Source of the DNA: Selaginella moellendorffii
Lineage: Eukaryota > Plantae > Lycopodiophyta
Assembly: GCF_000143415.4 (NCBI RefSeq)
Contig: NW_003314284.1
Location: 1,346,693 to 1,410,692, forward strand
DNA length: 64,000 nucleotides
Direction of reading: 5' to 3'
A model generated the notes under the pieces. The model worked only from the letters and a program-made list of their open reading frames with translations. It had not been told where the DNA came from and made no database searches. This document shows positions 42,495 through 55,849 of this stretch, one piece after another (the stretch's first letter is position 1; the number at the start of each line of letters is the position of its first letter). Position numbers and translations under genes: made by a program.

Positions 42495-45400
42495 ATGGAA
42501 GTGGTGTTTCTTCTGCTTGTTTTATTAGGGCAATGTTGTTACGCTGCTTACATCACTAACGCGAGCGTTGTCGCTGGGAAGCTCAACGTCCATCTCGTTG
42601 CTCACAGTCACGACGATGTTGGGTGGATCAAAACGGTGGACGACTACTATGTAAGTTTTCTATCAAGACCAAGAGAGAAAAAAATGGCTTGTTCTCTCTT
42701 TCCCAGGACACTGTTAAGGGCATTCTTGACTCAGTCCTGGCTTCCCTGCAAGAGAACCCGGACAGGAAATTTGTGGAAGTTGAACAGGTTTGGCTTTGCG
42801 ATCGCGAACTTAATTCTTTTCCCAATGGTAAAAATGCTGTTTTTTTCAGGCATTCTTTAGCAGATGGTGGAACGAGCAGAACTCTAGCGTTCAGGGGGTC
42901 GTGAGGCGGCTTGTCAAGTCTGGGCAGCTCGAATTTGCGTAAGTAGCATCTGATCACTTTGTTTAGTTCGGTTCTACTATTTGAGACAAAACTTTGTGAA
43001 TGCTGGTTTTAGAAATGGTGGATGGTGCATGCACGATGAAGCCGCGACTCACTACGCGGATATGATCGATCAAACTACACTCGGTCACAGGTTTCTCAAG
43101 CAAGAGTTTGATGTAGTTCCTCGCATTGGATGGCAAATAGACCCGTTTGGACACTCCGCCGTGCAAGCATATCTCCTAGGCACTGAGGTGAGTTTGCAAA
43201 GTGACAAAACATCTCTGAGTTTCTCTGTTTTGAAAATTTAAAAACTTGTTTTTTGTTTTTCCAGCTTGGCTTTGATGGTCTGTTCTTCGCAAGGATCGAT
43301 TATCAAGACAGGCTTAGGAGGACCCGAGACAAGAACCTCGAATTCGTCTGGGAAGGATCAAACACCTTGAAGTCTGACAAACAGTTGTTTACGAGTGTGT
43401 TTCTTCGCCACTACAATCCCCCAAAAGGATTTGATTACGAAGGAAGCGGTGGAATTATCATGCAGGTATTTATGTTTTACTATATCTTTGCTCCTTGTAA
43501 AGTTTTTCCTATGTCCAGGATGACCCTTCCAAAGGCGCTACGAACATAGGGGAGCGTGTAGAAGCGTTTGTAAACGCAGCCAAGGTGTATGTAAGTTTTT
43601 CCACCACCATATCCATAAGAACGGTCTCATTTAGTTGTTCCACAGGCAAATGCGACTCAAACAAATCATGTCATGTGGACGATGGGAGACGATTTCAAAT
43701 ACTACCGCTCTGCAGAGTGGTACACTGAGATGGACAAGCTGATCCACTACGTGAATAAGGTAACCGCGATCATCTAAATCGTTTTCTTACATTTTTTTGT
43801 CAGGATGGTCGAGTGAACGCTCTGTACTCGACGCCATCCATATATCTGGATGCTAAGCACGCGGCTGATCAAGTGTGGAATGTCACAAAGAATGACTTCT
43901 TTCCGTGAGTATAATTGAATTATTCCAAGAGCTTTAGACTAAGAATTCTGATTCAGATACGCGGACAATAAGGACTCGTTCTGGACAGGATACTATACCA
44001 GTAGACCCGTCTTGAAGGGCTACGTTCGTGCTCTTTCTGGTTACTTACAGGTACGTGCTTTTCTATCTTAGAAGCCTGTTTAACGCGAGAAGGAAACTAT
44101 CGACAGGCGGCTCGGCAACTGGAGGCCTTGACAGGAAAAAGAGACCATCCAAACACAGATAATTTGTGGCGTGCCTTGAGTGTTGTACAGCATCACGATG
44201 GAGTCAGTGGCACCGAGCGGCAAAAGGTGGCTGACGACTATGCTAGACTACTTGCTATCGCAGCTTCCGAGGTTTGTGCTTGTGCTGTGTTTAATCTCTT
44301 CCCTGTTCTTCGATCATATCACCATCCATTCGTGCAGGCTGAGAAATCAATGAACTTGGCTGCTTCTTGCTTAGCAGCCGGCGTTTCTCCATCCGACTGC
44401 CTCAGAAAGAACGTTTCTTCCGACGCCGTTCAAGTGAGTTTACCATGGCCCTTGAAGCTTAGACTAGCCTGATTTTGTTTCAGTGTCCTCATCTCGATAT
44501 AAGTTTTTGCCCCTCGTCCGAAAACATTACCAGTGACAAGCCTTTGGTAAGAGTAGCTTTTATTGCTTGCTTGGCGCTGCTTAGCTTTCTATATCATTCA
44601 GGTTGTCACTGCCTATAATCCTCTTGGATGGGCTCGTGAGGAATACATTCAAATACCGGTAAGTTCTCTCGACATTTCATTATCGTAATCCTTCTCGCGT
44701 ATCCAAAGGCATTGTTTGTTCTTCTACCAGGTGAGCTCCAACGCTCTTATTGTCACAGACGCTACTGGCAAAGCAGTGGACTCACAGCTAGCACCCATCA
44801 GTGACGCAACCAAAAAGCTTAGAAAGCTTCATGCCGAGCTAGATATCGGCGTAATACCAGAAGACGAAACTCTTTACTCGCTCGTCTTTAAGGCAGTGGT
44901 TCCTCCTCTTGGCTTCAGCTCCTACCTTGTCAAGCCGTCCAAGCCCAATGAAAATGGCAAGTGGTTCGGTTTCTTGCATGTTTTCTGATTAACGTTCTAA
45001 GTGATCGATGCAGGTTCAGCTGGAAACTCTAGAGTATATGAGGCAAATATTACGGATTCGTCGACTGAGTACTTTTGGTACACTGGCGAAGTTGGAGGCC
45101 AGGTATTTCTTTACGTGATTTTTTAGTACCATAAACTTTTACTTTTACTCTTCTTTGATAGAACTCTGGTGCATATATCTTTCGACCAGCTGATAACAAT
45201 CCAACTCCAGTAACATCATCTGTAAGCTCCTTGTGTTTTTTAATTTCATTCTGAAGTTTTATTTTTCTTTTGCTTCAGGTTTGGCTGGCTGTGGAGGGGC
45301 CTTTGTACAAGGCACGCCGACGACAAGTTTCACCTTGGATTTACGAAGTGAGGCATTCTTTTTTGCTTCTACATCTGAAAGTTCTTTCCAGGAGCATCGT

Positions 45401-46836
45401 CTTTACAATGGCGAAACCCATAATGAGCTTGAGATCACGGTACATATCAGTCGTCCTTGCTAGCGTTTTATGTTTTGAGATTCTTCTATGCAGGTTGGCC
45501 CCATTCCACTGGATGATGGCGTTGGAAAGGAAGTCATTGTGAAGGTCAAGGCGAACACAACGAGCAACAGCAAGTTCTACACTGATTCAAACGGCCGGGA
45601 TTTTCTAGAACGAGTACGAGTTTCCATGAAACTTTCGAACTAAAAATTCATTCTTTGCATGGACGCTTAGGTGCGATCAAAGCAAGTGACTCAGCCCGTT
45701 GCTGGAAACTACTATCCCGTAAGTATTCACTTCTCTTTTTGGCACCGTAGTTTCTTAATCGTTGTCTTTCCGCAGGTAAACCTGGGAATTTATATCAACG
45801 ATAACCAAACGGACTTGTCACTTCTTGTCGATCGAGCTTCAGGAGCGTCGAGTATCAACGATGGTGAAGTTGAGCTCATGCTTCACAGGTATTCATTTGA
45901 TTCCAAACGCGTGTTTATCGTCGGGCTTTCACGCAGACGTCTAATGGCCGATGATGAAAGAGGAGTCTCCGAAGCTTTGGACGAGCAAGTTTGTATTGGG
46001 TCACAGGAATGCGAAGGTCTAACGGCAAGTAAAAGTCTCATTTTCGAACATCGTCTCAAATTTTTCTGCAGGTTAGAAGGATGGTTTACGTAAATTCGGG
46101 TCCCGTCAAGGAAGCAAGCCGATGGCGTCGTCTCAAAGGCCAGAGAATTTACTCTCCACTCCAGCTCTTTTTCAGCACTCCGGTAGATGATTATTTCTAG
46201 TTTGTTTCTTCTAACTTGTCCACCATGATCTTGTCTCAGAGTGGACAAAATGTTCCTAAGCAATTCTCGATGGTAAAGAGTGGATATGCTCTTCCAGACA
46301 ATGTCGCGCTTCTCACAATCCAGGTTCTGAAGAAGTAGCAAAGTTTTCTCCAGGTGTATAACCTTGCTGGTTTTGATTTTACGTAGGAGCTGGAGGATAA
46401 ATCCATCCTCGTGAGGCTGGCTCACTTGTTTGAGGTACGCAAGAACCTTTCCATCTCAAAAAAGACCAGCTTTTTACAAACGAAATGGCTTGTTTCTAGG
46501 CCGGGGAAGACGATACCCTCTCCAAGCCGGCAAATGTACAACTCAAACAGCTCTTCTGGCACTGGGAGGTATTCGTGCTCGAGTTTTCGATTCCGATCGC
46601 TTAAGGATTAACACTTCTTCCAGATACAAGGTGTGAACGAGCTCTCGCTGTCAACAAACCAAGACAAGAGCAGCATGAAGAGGCGTATGGAATGGAAAGT
46701 GGCCGAAAAAAGCGAAGGTGGAGCCAAGCGTGGAGCTCGGATCGACCAAAAGTCGCTGCTTGTGGAGCTCGGGCCGATGGAAATTCGTACCTTGCAGCTC
46801 ACTGTCAAGCCAAAGAATGTCGTAACATTGATTTGA
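42495..46836 (+). CDS. Glycoside hydrolase family 38 alpha-mannosidase (secreted/vacuolar), many short exons
   Basis: Signal peptide; [36 protein letters not shown] (nucleophile), [68 protein letters not shown]. Confidence 0.93.
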
Positions 46837-47021
46837 CCCAAGTATGTCACAACATAGATGGCTTTCCAAATTCTAGCAGTGTTCTTTCGTTACTATGGAA
46901 GGGTCCACTGGAAATCTCGCGCTCTCGATCGCTATGAGCGCTTGTCACCATCTTTGATCCAAACAGGGACTCCTCGCTCCAATCCTCCACGGGAGATTAC
47001 ATGGAGCAATCATGAAATTCT

Positions 47022-47339
47022 CTACTTTGTCCGCGAGTAACTTTGCGTGCTCTTCTCCTTCATCGCTCTCTATCGAATTCAAGCAGCAAAACCTTGAGAA
47101 ATCCAAAAGCCCGTGCGTCAATCCTGGCAGAAAAACATACCTCCTCTTCCAAGCAGCGCGCCACCTCACGCTTGAGACCTTTGCATTTCCCCGAAAAATT
47201 GGCGGCCGCGGCATGCTCCTTGTGGCAGCGCAAGAGGGAGGTGATGATCTGAGAGGCGACGAGTAAGGAGAAACCTACGCGCGCGATTGCCTACCTTGGC
47301 GCAGTGGGGATGCTGCTGGAGGACAAGTGGAGGCTGCAT
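47022..47339 (-). CDS. CMC2: CMC2/Cmc1-like twin CX9C mitochondrial COX assembly protein (exons 47339-47295, 47248-47141, 47069-47022)
   Basis: Spliced product MQPPLVLQQHPHCAKIITSLLRCHKEHAAAANFSGKCKGLKREVARCLEEERAMKEKSTQSYSRTK*; two exact CX9C motifs; GT-AG junctions; last exon less certain. Confidence 0.78.
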
Positions 47340-47618
47340 TCTTCGCCCACCAAGAACCCTAATTTTTTATAAAGAGAGCGCTCATACTTTCCACCACATT
47401 CACTTTACTATCATAAATTCCACGCTTGGGATCTATCTCGCGATCTCGATCGCTCTGAGCGCCCGTCACCATCTTTGATCCAATCCGAACTTCATTGATC
47501 CAATCGGAGCTCCGATTTGAGCTCACGCTCGCGAGAAAAACTTAAAATGTGTGTGGCGGGCGACTGGTAGCACGTCACACACAAATCTAGGGCTTATTGT
47601 CCTCTTCCCCTCTCGGCT

Positions 47619-49009
47619 ATGGCGGGAGGCGACAGGGAGGACGCCTCCTCGCTCCAATCCTCCGGTGGCGCTGGAAATGTGAGCGTCGGCGGCGGTGACG
47701 GAGGAGGCGGCGGCGTTCGCAGCTTCGTCTTGAAAGCGGTATGTCTGCTGGGTGGTGTTCTTCTGCTCCGCAAGCTCACCAAAGCAAAGACGCGGTGGGA
47801 TCACACTCGTCTCGTCGCCGATGCTCTCACAGGCGAGAAAGTAAGCGAGAGATCACCCTTTCGATCTTTCCATCGCTTTGTTTCTTCTTGTCTTCTTTGT
47901 TCTTCCCATTATCTTTGCTTGTGTGATCGTTTTGTTCCACTTTTCTTAGAGGTTGCTTTTCGTAGTTTTCCCAAGAGCAAGCGGCAAGGGATCCAATGAC
48001 GTACTTCAATCTGAGGTAAGCGCGCTGGTTGTCGAGAACAGGAAGAATATTGAAAAGCTTTTGATCGCAGGATGCTGGCATGCCCCGCGACTGTTCTGGA
48101 CGATGGAGCGAAAGTTCTCTACTTCGAACAGGTGCTCTTCTTGAGTATTTTTGGTTTTCATGCACTGAAACAAGAAAAATGATCTTTTGCGTTCTTCCAG
48201 GCATTCTGGAGAACGCCTGATAAGCCATATAGACAGGTATGCGCACGAACAACGCTTTTATGTATCAGATCAGAGAGTTCTTTCATTTTCTCTCCAGAGA
48301 TTCTACGTTGTGAGGCCCTGCCCGAAAGAAATGAAGTGCGATGTGGAGGTAAAACACATCTAGCTTTGTAGAGTAGAACTTTCAAGTTTTTCGATCGCTG
48401 TAGGTTGGATCCTACGCTGTTCGTGACATTGAGGAATACAAGAACTTCTGTGAGAGGCCAAAGGATCAGCGACCACAGCCGGAAGAGATCCCTGGAGTAA
48501 GTAACAACAAGCCTTTCGAGCTGGGAAAAGAATTCACCTCTTTTGTTTGGATTGTCAAGGACATCTCCGAGCATTTAACTTCCGTCTATCTCTCCGCCTG
48601 TGCGCGAGGCCAACGTTGTCTCTACGAAGGATCAACACCTCCCGGAGGCTTTCCAAACAACTGGGTAACGAAAAAAAAAAGCATTTTACTTTTTCTAGAG
48701 TTCTTCACATTTTCCTCTTCGTTTCTTGGCAGAACGGTGCTTCCCGGTGCACATCCGAGCTCACAATCCTCAAAAGTGGAGAGATCCACTGCTGGGATCG
48801 CGCCTACGACGACGAAGGAAATCAGGTTCCTCAAAGTCGCTCTCGATTCTAAAACTTGCGTTTTTCTTTCTCTTCGTTCTTCTTTTTTTTCTACGCTTTG
48901 TTTGCAGGTGTGGGGTGTAAGACAGGGGCCATACGAATTCAAGCCCGGAACCTCCAAGAACAGATCTTACGTTGAGCATGACACAGCGTCCCTTTCCATT
49001 GACAACTAG
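47619..49009 (+). CDS. CRL: CRUMPLED LEAF, plastid CpcT/CpeT-like chromophore lyase
   Basis: TRWDHTRLVADALTGEKFSQEQAARDPMTYFNLR, VLYFEQAFWRTPDKPYRQRFY, YEGSTPPGGFPN, IHCWDRAYDDEGNQVWG..GPYEFKP. Confidence 0.93.
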
Positions 49010-49099
49010 AAACTAAGATAGTGTGCCTTTTGTAACATAATAGATTTTGGAATAATCCTACTCGAGATTGGGTTTCTAGGGTTCTTGGATTGATCGGCA

Positions 49100-52000
49100 A
49101 TGGAGGACGAGGAGGAGCTGGAGCGCGCCGATGCCGACGACGAATGCGACGACGACGACGACGCCGCTGACGATTCCTCCTCGGCGCAGGAGGCGATCGA
49201 TGACGAGGACGAAGAGCCGCGCCTCAAGTACAAGCGCCTGGGAGGTAGTGTTCCCTCTCTTCTCTCCAGCGACACGGCCTCGTGCATCAGCGTCGCCGAG
49301 CGGATGATCGCGCTGGGGACGCACGGCGGCAGGGTGCATTTGCTGGATTACCAGGGAAACCAGGTGAGTCTCCTATCAGTTTTTTTGGATGGAAATGGAA
49401 TGGAATGGGATATCCAGGTGAAGGAATTCGCTGCTCACACTGCCACTGTGAACGAGCTGAGCTTCGATAGCGCTGGAGAATTCGTGGGGAGCTGCAGTGA
49501 CGATGGATCCGTGGTGGTGAGCAGCCTGTATACCGACAGTCACGAGAAGTTCCACTACCACCGGCCGATGAAGGCCGTCGCGCTGGATCCAGACTACTGC
49601 AAAACAAATCGTTTTGCTGGCGGGGGACTGGCAGGGCATCTCATACTCAACAGCAAAGGCTGGTTTGGTCCCAAAGATCAGGTAGCGACACTTGTGAAGA
49701 TTACTCTGCTCTCTCCATTTTTCTTTCATTCTTCAAAGCTTTGTCACGATCACTTCGGTTTTTCTACACCTTTTCTTTTGTTCTTTTGCAGGTGTTGCAC
49801 TCGGGAGAGGGTCCCATCCATGCTGTCAAATGGAGAACGAGCCTTATCGCGTGGGCGAATGACGAGGGTGTCAAACTGTTCGATACAGCCTCACAGCAGC
49901 GCCTTACTTTTATTGAGAAGCCGAAGAACAGTCCAGACGCCGAGTACTTGCGTCCGCATCTAGTTTGGCAGGTTCGTGCTCATCATCTTTGGTATTTCTT
50001 CTGTATAGCATATAGTTTTTGTTTTCCAGGATGATGTTCACCTGTTAGTCGGCTGGGGAAATTGCATCAAGATTGCTGCCCTCAGAGTGAGGGGAGCTGA
50101 CCTTCCTGGAGGCCTCAACTCCGAAACATTCTCTTTTGGGAAAAGGTTCAACCTTCTGCCGGGGACGAAGTATGTCGAGATTGTATCAGTTTTGCAAACT
50201 GAATACTTTATTTGCGGCCTGGCTCCGTATGGAGGCGCTCTCGTGGTCCTTGCTTACATCGAGAGGGAGGGCAGCAAAACGGAATCGGCAACGGGCTACT
50301 CTCCGAAACAGGTACATGACTTTGCTATTATTTCAGTACGTAACGTTAAACTACTAACTGTGCTAAGACAGGACATGCCCAACGGCCTGAAGTATGCATC
50401 TTGAACTGGAAAAACGAAGAACTGGCAACAGATGCGCTCTCTATGCATGGTTATGAACACTACAAGGCTAAGGATTACGAGCTTGCTCACGCTCCATTCT
50501 CTGGTACGATAAGATTTTAAAAAGCAAATTCATTTGCGTGTCGTGTGTAGGAAGTAGCACCGCTGGTGGCCAGTGGGCCGCTGGGTACGAGCCTTTGTAC
50601 TACATTGTGTCTCCAAAGGACGTGGTTGTTGCTCGACAAAGGTTTGGCTAGAACTATAAATTGTACAGGCAGCTGATTCTTCTGCAAACTCTCGCAGGGA
50701 TGCGGACGACCATGTTCAATGGCTTCTCAAGCATGGGTGGCACGAGAAAGCACTGGAAGCTGTAGAAGCTGGAAATGCTCGTGTCGAGCTTCTGGACGAG
50801 GTGTGTTCTTTTTCACGGTAAAAGACGATGGCCAATGCGTGTCCGTGCAGGTTGGTGCGCAATACTTAGATCACTTGATCCTGGGGAGGGAGTACGCGCT
50901 GGCAGCTTCTTTATGTCCAAAGATCTTGCGTGGTAGTGTTGAGGCTTGGGAAAGGTGAGGCTGCTATTTTTATTCCTGCAGATGTTCAGATGAGTAAAAG
51001 CAGGCGGGTATTTCATTTCGGCCAATTGAGACAGTTGCACGTCCTGGCCCCATACATACCAGTTGTCAATCCGCAGCTTCGCGATACTGTATATGAGGTG
51101 AGCTTCCGAATGTGCAGCGTGAGCTCTAACATGGACTTTTAAAAGTTTTAAGGTTGTCCTTGATCGGTTGCTTGTAAATCCGGCGCACCATGAGCAGTTC
51201 TTGGAGCTAGTTCGAAGCTGGCCCCAACACATTTATTCTGTACCCACCATTATATCTGCCGCTGAGATACAATGCAGTACCGGCGGAAAAACTCCTTTCT
51301 TACTCGAGGTAACTACTGGTGTTGTTTGAAGAGCGTAAGCTGATCCAGTGAGGATGAAGGCGCTTGCGATTCTTTACCTTTCTCAGAGGCAGCTTGAAAA
51401 CGTGCTGAACCTATATCTCGAGGTATAACCATTCAAATTTACATGCGATGTTAACTATAAATTGTGTTTTTGCAGCTGCAAAAGCCCGCAGCGTTTGACA
51501 TTATCGAGGAGCACCATCTTTATGATGCTCTTCATGGCAATGTAAGTTACATGTAAGCTACATGTGTAACCTCTGATCCATGTTGCATTTCTATTTTCTG
51601 ATCAGATTGCCCTTCTAATGAAGCTGGATTCGAAAAGAGCCATTGACTTACTTGTTCAGCAAAGGGACCGAATTAGTGCGAGCGAGGTGGTTTCCTCTTT
51701 AGAGAACCTGCCTCAGGAACAGAGCCGCCGGCGTCTTTTACACGACTATTTGCATACTCTGTTCGAACGAGACACAAATGCTGGAAGAAAGTATCATGAT
51801 TTACAGGTTTTGAAATTTATTTTATGGGAAGCTATAGACTATTAAATTTGTGTGCAGGTGGAATTGTATGCTGAATTTGAACCACGGCTATTGCTGCCTT
51901 TCTTGCGTAGCAGTCAGTACTACAGTCTTAATAAGGTACAAATTTGTTCATCTTGTTTTTTAAGATGTAATATATGTTTTTTACAGGCGTACGACGTTTG

Positions 52001-52934
52001 CACAAGGTTAAATCTTGCAAGGGAAAAAGTTTATCTACTGGGGCAAATGGGAAATGCGAAGGAAGCTTTAGCTCTGATTATCAATGAACTTAAGAGCATG
52101 CAAGCTGTAAGTATTTACAATGAATTTATTTCCTAGATGTAAACTCACAATAATTTTCGTCACTACAGGCTGTGGAGTTTGTGACATCTCGCAACGATGA
52201 TGATTTATGGAACGAGCTTATCAACCAGAGCTTGCACAATCCAGATATGGTCAGTATAACTAGGTCGATCCTCATATATTGATACTCACACGATGGCTGG
52301 TGCACAGATTGGCGCGCTTTTGGATCATACCGTGGGAAATATTGATCCCATGCAAGTCATAAACAGAATTCCCAAAGACATGCCAGTGCCACGGTACGAT
52401 ATCTCGCCGTGACGAGGGACAATCTCCGTTGACATTGCGCTGTTTTGCAGTTTGAGAGACAGGCTCGTGAAGGTGATCACAGATTACAAGACGGAGACAT
52501 CGCTCAGGGGCGGTTGCAATAACATTCTCAAGGTGTGTGTATCCGCTAAAAGATAGAGATCCTAGCTCTAAATTCCTCCCTTCCAGGCCGATCGTCGCGA
52601 TCTACAACTGAAGCGCTACAGCTCCTCCAGGACGGCAGTGGTTGCCGGCAAGAGCCCGTGCTGTATATGCTCGGACCTCCTGGCAAGTCAGAGAGTGGCA
52701 GTGGTAACCTTCTTCTGCGGCCACTTTTACCACGTTACGTGCCTCCAGGACTCATCAGTGGCTACGAGTCCTGGCCGATCACCGGGCAGCGACGAGGAGC
52801 AAAGCGAGCGGTGCATCCTTTGCACTGAAGGAAGCCACAAGAAGCAGCAGCAGCAGCAAAGCAACAAGCCGCAGGCGGCGAACGGCAGCGCGACCAGTAT
52901 TACCAGTACTCCAAACGCAAACTTCCTTGGGTGA
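49100..52934 (+). CDS. VPS41: Vacuolar protein sorting 41 (HOPS subunit; WD40, clathrin-like repeat, RING-H2)
   Basis: Acidic N-terminus then EEPRLKYKRLGG, IAWANDEGVK, YYIVSPKDVVVA, DHVQWLLKHGWHEKAL, LLPFLRSSQYY, C-terminal CCIC..FFCGHFYHVTC..CILC. Confidence 0.95.
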
Positions 52935-55389
52935 AAGAGTTCTAAAAAGAGAGATGGAAGAAGAGTACAGAGCTGCCGAAGGAAAGATAAGAAGAGTACC
53001 GCCGCTGTATCATCGATTACAATAAACAAGGGAGGACGACGTCTCATTTGTTTTATGGGAACTTTTGGGGATGCTCATTTGTGGCTTAAAAGACGGGCAT
53101 GTGATGCGCTACCAGAAAGCGAAAGGAATCTCAAATGCTTGCTTGCTCTTTTTTAACTTGAAAAGGTGGCGCTGATCTTTCAAATATACATACCCGAAAT
53201 AAAGAAACAGGATAAAAATACGTTTAAGCAACTTTTTAGTGCATGGAATGGATGGCGGCGGGTGTCCTGCAAAAGCTTACACAAATTGCCCGATTGGGAA
53301 GTTGTGCCAGCCCAAAGAGCCACGCCTCCGCCACCTTTTTCCATGTTACCACCTTTTGGCAATCACGCTTTGGTTTGGTGTATACGTAAATGCGTATGTA
53401 CGCAGGCTACAGTCGGGTTTCGCTTTCCACGTTTTGTGTTGTGTTTGTCAAATTCTTGGTCGACCGATCGGCTGCGTAGGTGGCGTGGAAACAGGTCGGC
53501 TTTGAAAAAAAAAGGAGGGATCTTGGCCGGCGGCAGTGCCCTACCTTCGATGCGATTCGAATATTACACGCTTGTTTCCATGGTTGGTTGGTTGCGCAAC
53601 TTTAAGCCGCCCCACATTCAACAGGATCATGTGTTTGGTTGCACAATAAGATAGAAGAAAAATGGAAGGGGAAAAAGGATATTTCTTTATATGTTTTCAG
53701 CTGATAAGACCATTTTGTCCAAAGATACAAATCCCAAGCGCGGGCTTTTTGTTTGGGGATTCAATCGCATTCGGGGCATCCCACTTCCCAATAACATGTC
53801 ATCATCTTCTCCTCCTGTTGGTGGTGGTGGAGAGGAGCATAGAGGCGTGGAGAGATTTCGATTCTAGGGCTTGACTCTCTTTCTCTCTCGGCCAAAGACC
53901 AAGAACAAAATGTCAACTTTGCTCGCAAATCCCCACGAGAACATTTGAAAACCACTAGTAGACAAACGCTGCGCAAAGAGCCTTTGAATCATGGGGCGCC
54001 CACTCATGTTACCATACAAAAAACTATACAACAAAAGTTCTTCAAATCGATTCTACCCTCTCCAATTAAGATATCAATCAATCAATCACTCCAATCGGTC
54101 AATCAATCTTCTATCCGGCCTTAAACAAATCCTCCTCTCATTCCTTGAAGAAAAAGCAGCAAAAGAAAAAAAGATGGAAGGGTCAGCCATTACCAGTACG
54201 GACGGCGCACGGCGTACGGCTGCGCCGCAGGAACCTGCCGGCCCGGTTTCCGACGGGGATTCGGACCGACAGCCCGCCGGCCGGCACGCGCGGGCAGACT
54301 GACAGGTGGCAGATACCGGGCGCCACGTCGGACGGCACCCCCGCCGTCGCCGTCACATCCGGCGTTTAAGAGCCTCCGTACGCCAAATGTGCGGCCGTCC
54401 GTTGATTCCCGGCCCTGGACGGTAGGGGTTTCGCCACGTCGGTTCTTTAGGGCTTTCTGCCGAAAAGTCAAAGCTCGCGTCAGTCTCGCTCTGTTACGTA
54501 GACGGAAGTGGTCCGAACGGAGGGATTGTTTTGTTTTGCCCACATTCTCACTTCACTCACTTGGGGGAGCTATAATCTCTCGAATGCTGTGCCAGACATT
54601 TTCTTCTTCCTCCTCCCTCGGCCTTTAGGGCAATCAAATCTCACCACCGCGAAGGGATCTGCGCAAATTCTCTCCGCTCTCCCCCTCTCTCTCCCTTTCT
54701 CTCTCGATCGCGTCGCTAATTCCAGCTCGTGAGTCGTGATTGCGCAATTCCCCCTCCCCTCCACTCGCCACCGGTGTGGGTTTTAGTGTCTAGATTTGGC
54801 GCCCAGATTGCTTGCGTCGGTAGAGCTCACTCACTCACCGGCTCTCGCGTGGAATCAACGACAGTGTCGAGAGAAGATCGTGTATATGTTCTTCGCCATC
54901 ACAATCTAGCAGCCTTGAAAGTTTTCACCGATTCTCTCTGCAGTCCCCAGGCTTGCTCGCTCGCTCGATCGCTAATCGCGGTATCAAGTTCACACGCACG
55001 CGCGCGAGCGAATTCCCTCGTATATCTCTACAGATTGAAAACACAAACACTCTCCACAATAAAATTCCGATTTTGCAGCCATGGTTAGGTGAGTGAGCGC
55101 ATTTCATCCCTGTCCAAATCCTCCATCCGCAAAAACATATAAAAATTTGCTGGCTTTCCTCCCTTCTCTCTTGTTTATCCTTTTTCTATCGTAGCGCCAT
55201 AGCTAGGAAGCTTTCAAATAAGGAGGAGAGAGAAGATCGTCACTTCACACACTATGCCGTCTGACCCAATGTCTTGTACAGGCATACGCTGCTGGCTCCA
55301 GTAACTACCTAGAGCTCGTACTACACACCAAAGAAATATGGAGGAGGAGAGGATGAGATCAAATAACTAGAGGACCAAAGCCCGAGCTC

Positions 55390-55392
<3 letters not shown>

Positions 55393-55429
<37 letters not shown>
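55393..55429. repeat. (CT)n microsatellite in KNOX leader region
   Basis: Uninterrupted CT run. Confidence 0.9.
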
Positions 55430-55432
<3 letters not shown>

Positions 55433-55849
55433 TTCTCTCTCGCAAGATCTTGCACAGTCGGCCTTTTAGGATCAATCCCCACTTATCTCTCCAGGCAATT
55501 TGAGGGTAGCTTCTCTTCACTCTCTCAAATCCAAGCTCAAGTTCAACTTTAGCTCATTTTCTTCTTTTCTTGTCCATTTTTTCGGCGATTTATTCTTGCT
55601 GGACGCTGCTGCTGGGCTTTCAATCTTCCATCTTGCCTCTGGCCAGAAAGCTAAAACGAGAACGAGGAAGGAAGAAAAGAAGGAGAGAGGATATGGCAGT
55701 GGCAGACTTACAGGGTCGTTAAGTGTAGTTCTTTGGAGCCCAGGTGTGTGGAAGAACACAAGGCCAGGACAGGGAGAAATTCAAGGAGAGCGGCCAGTAG
55801 CGGGGAAATCGTGCGCGTAGCTCTCCTTTAAAGTAGAGTTCCCGAGGCT

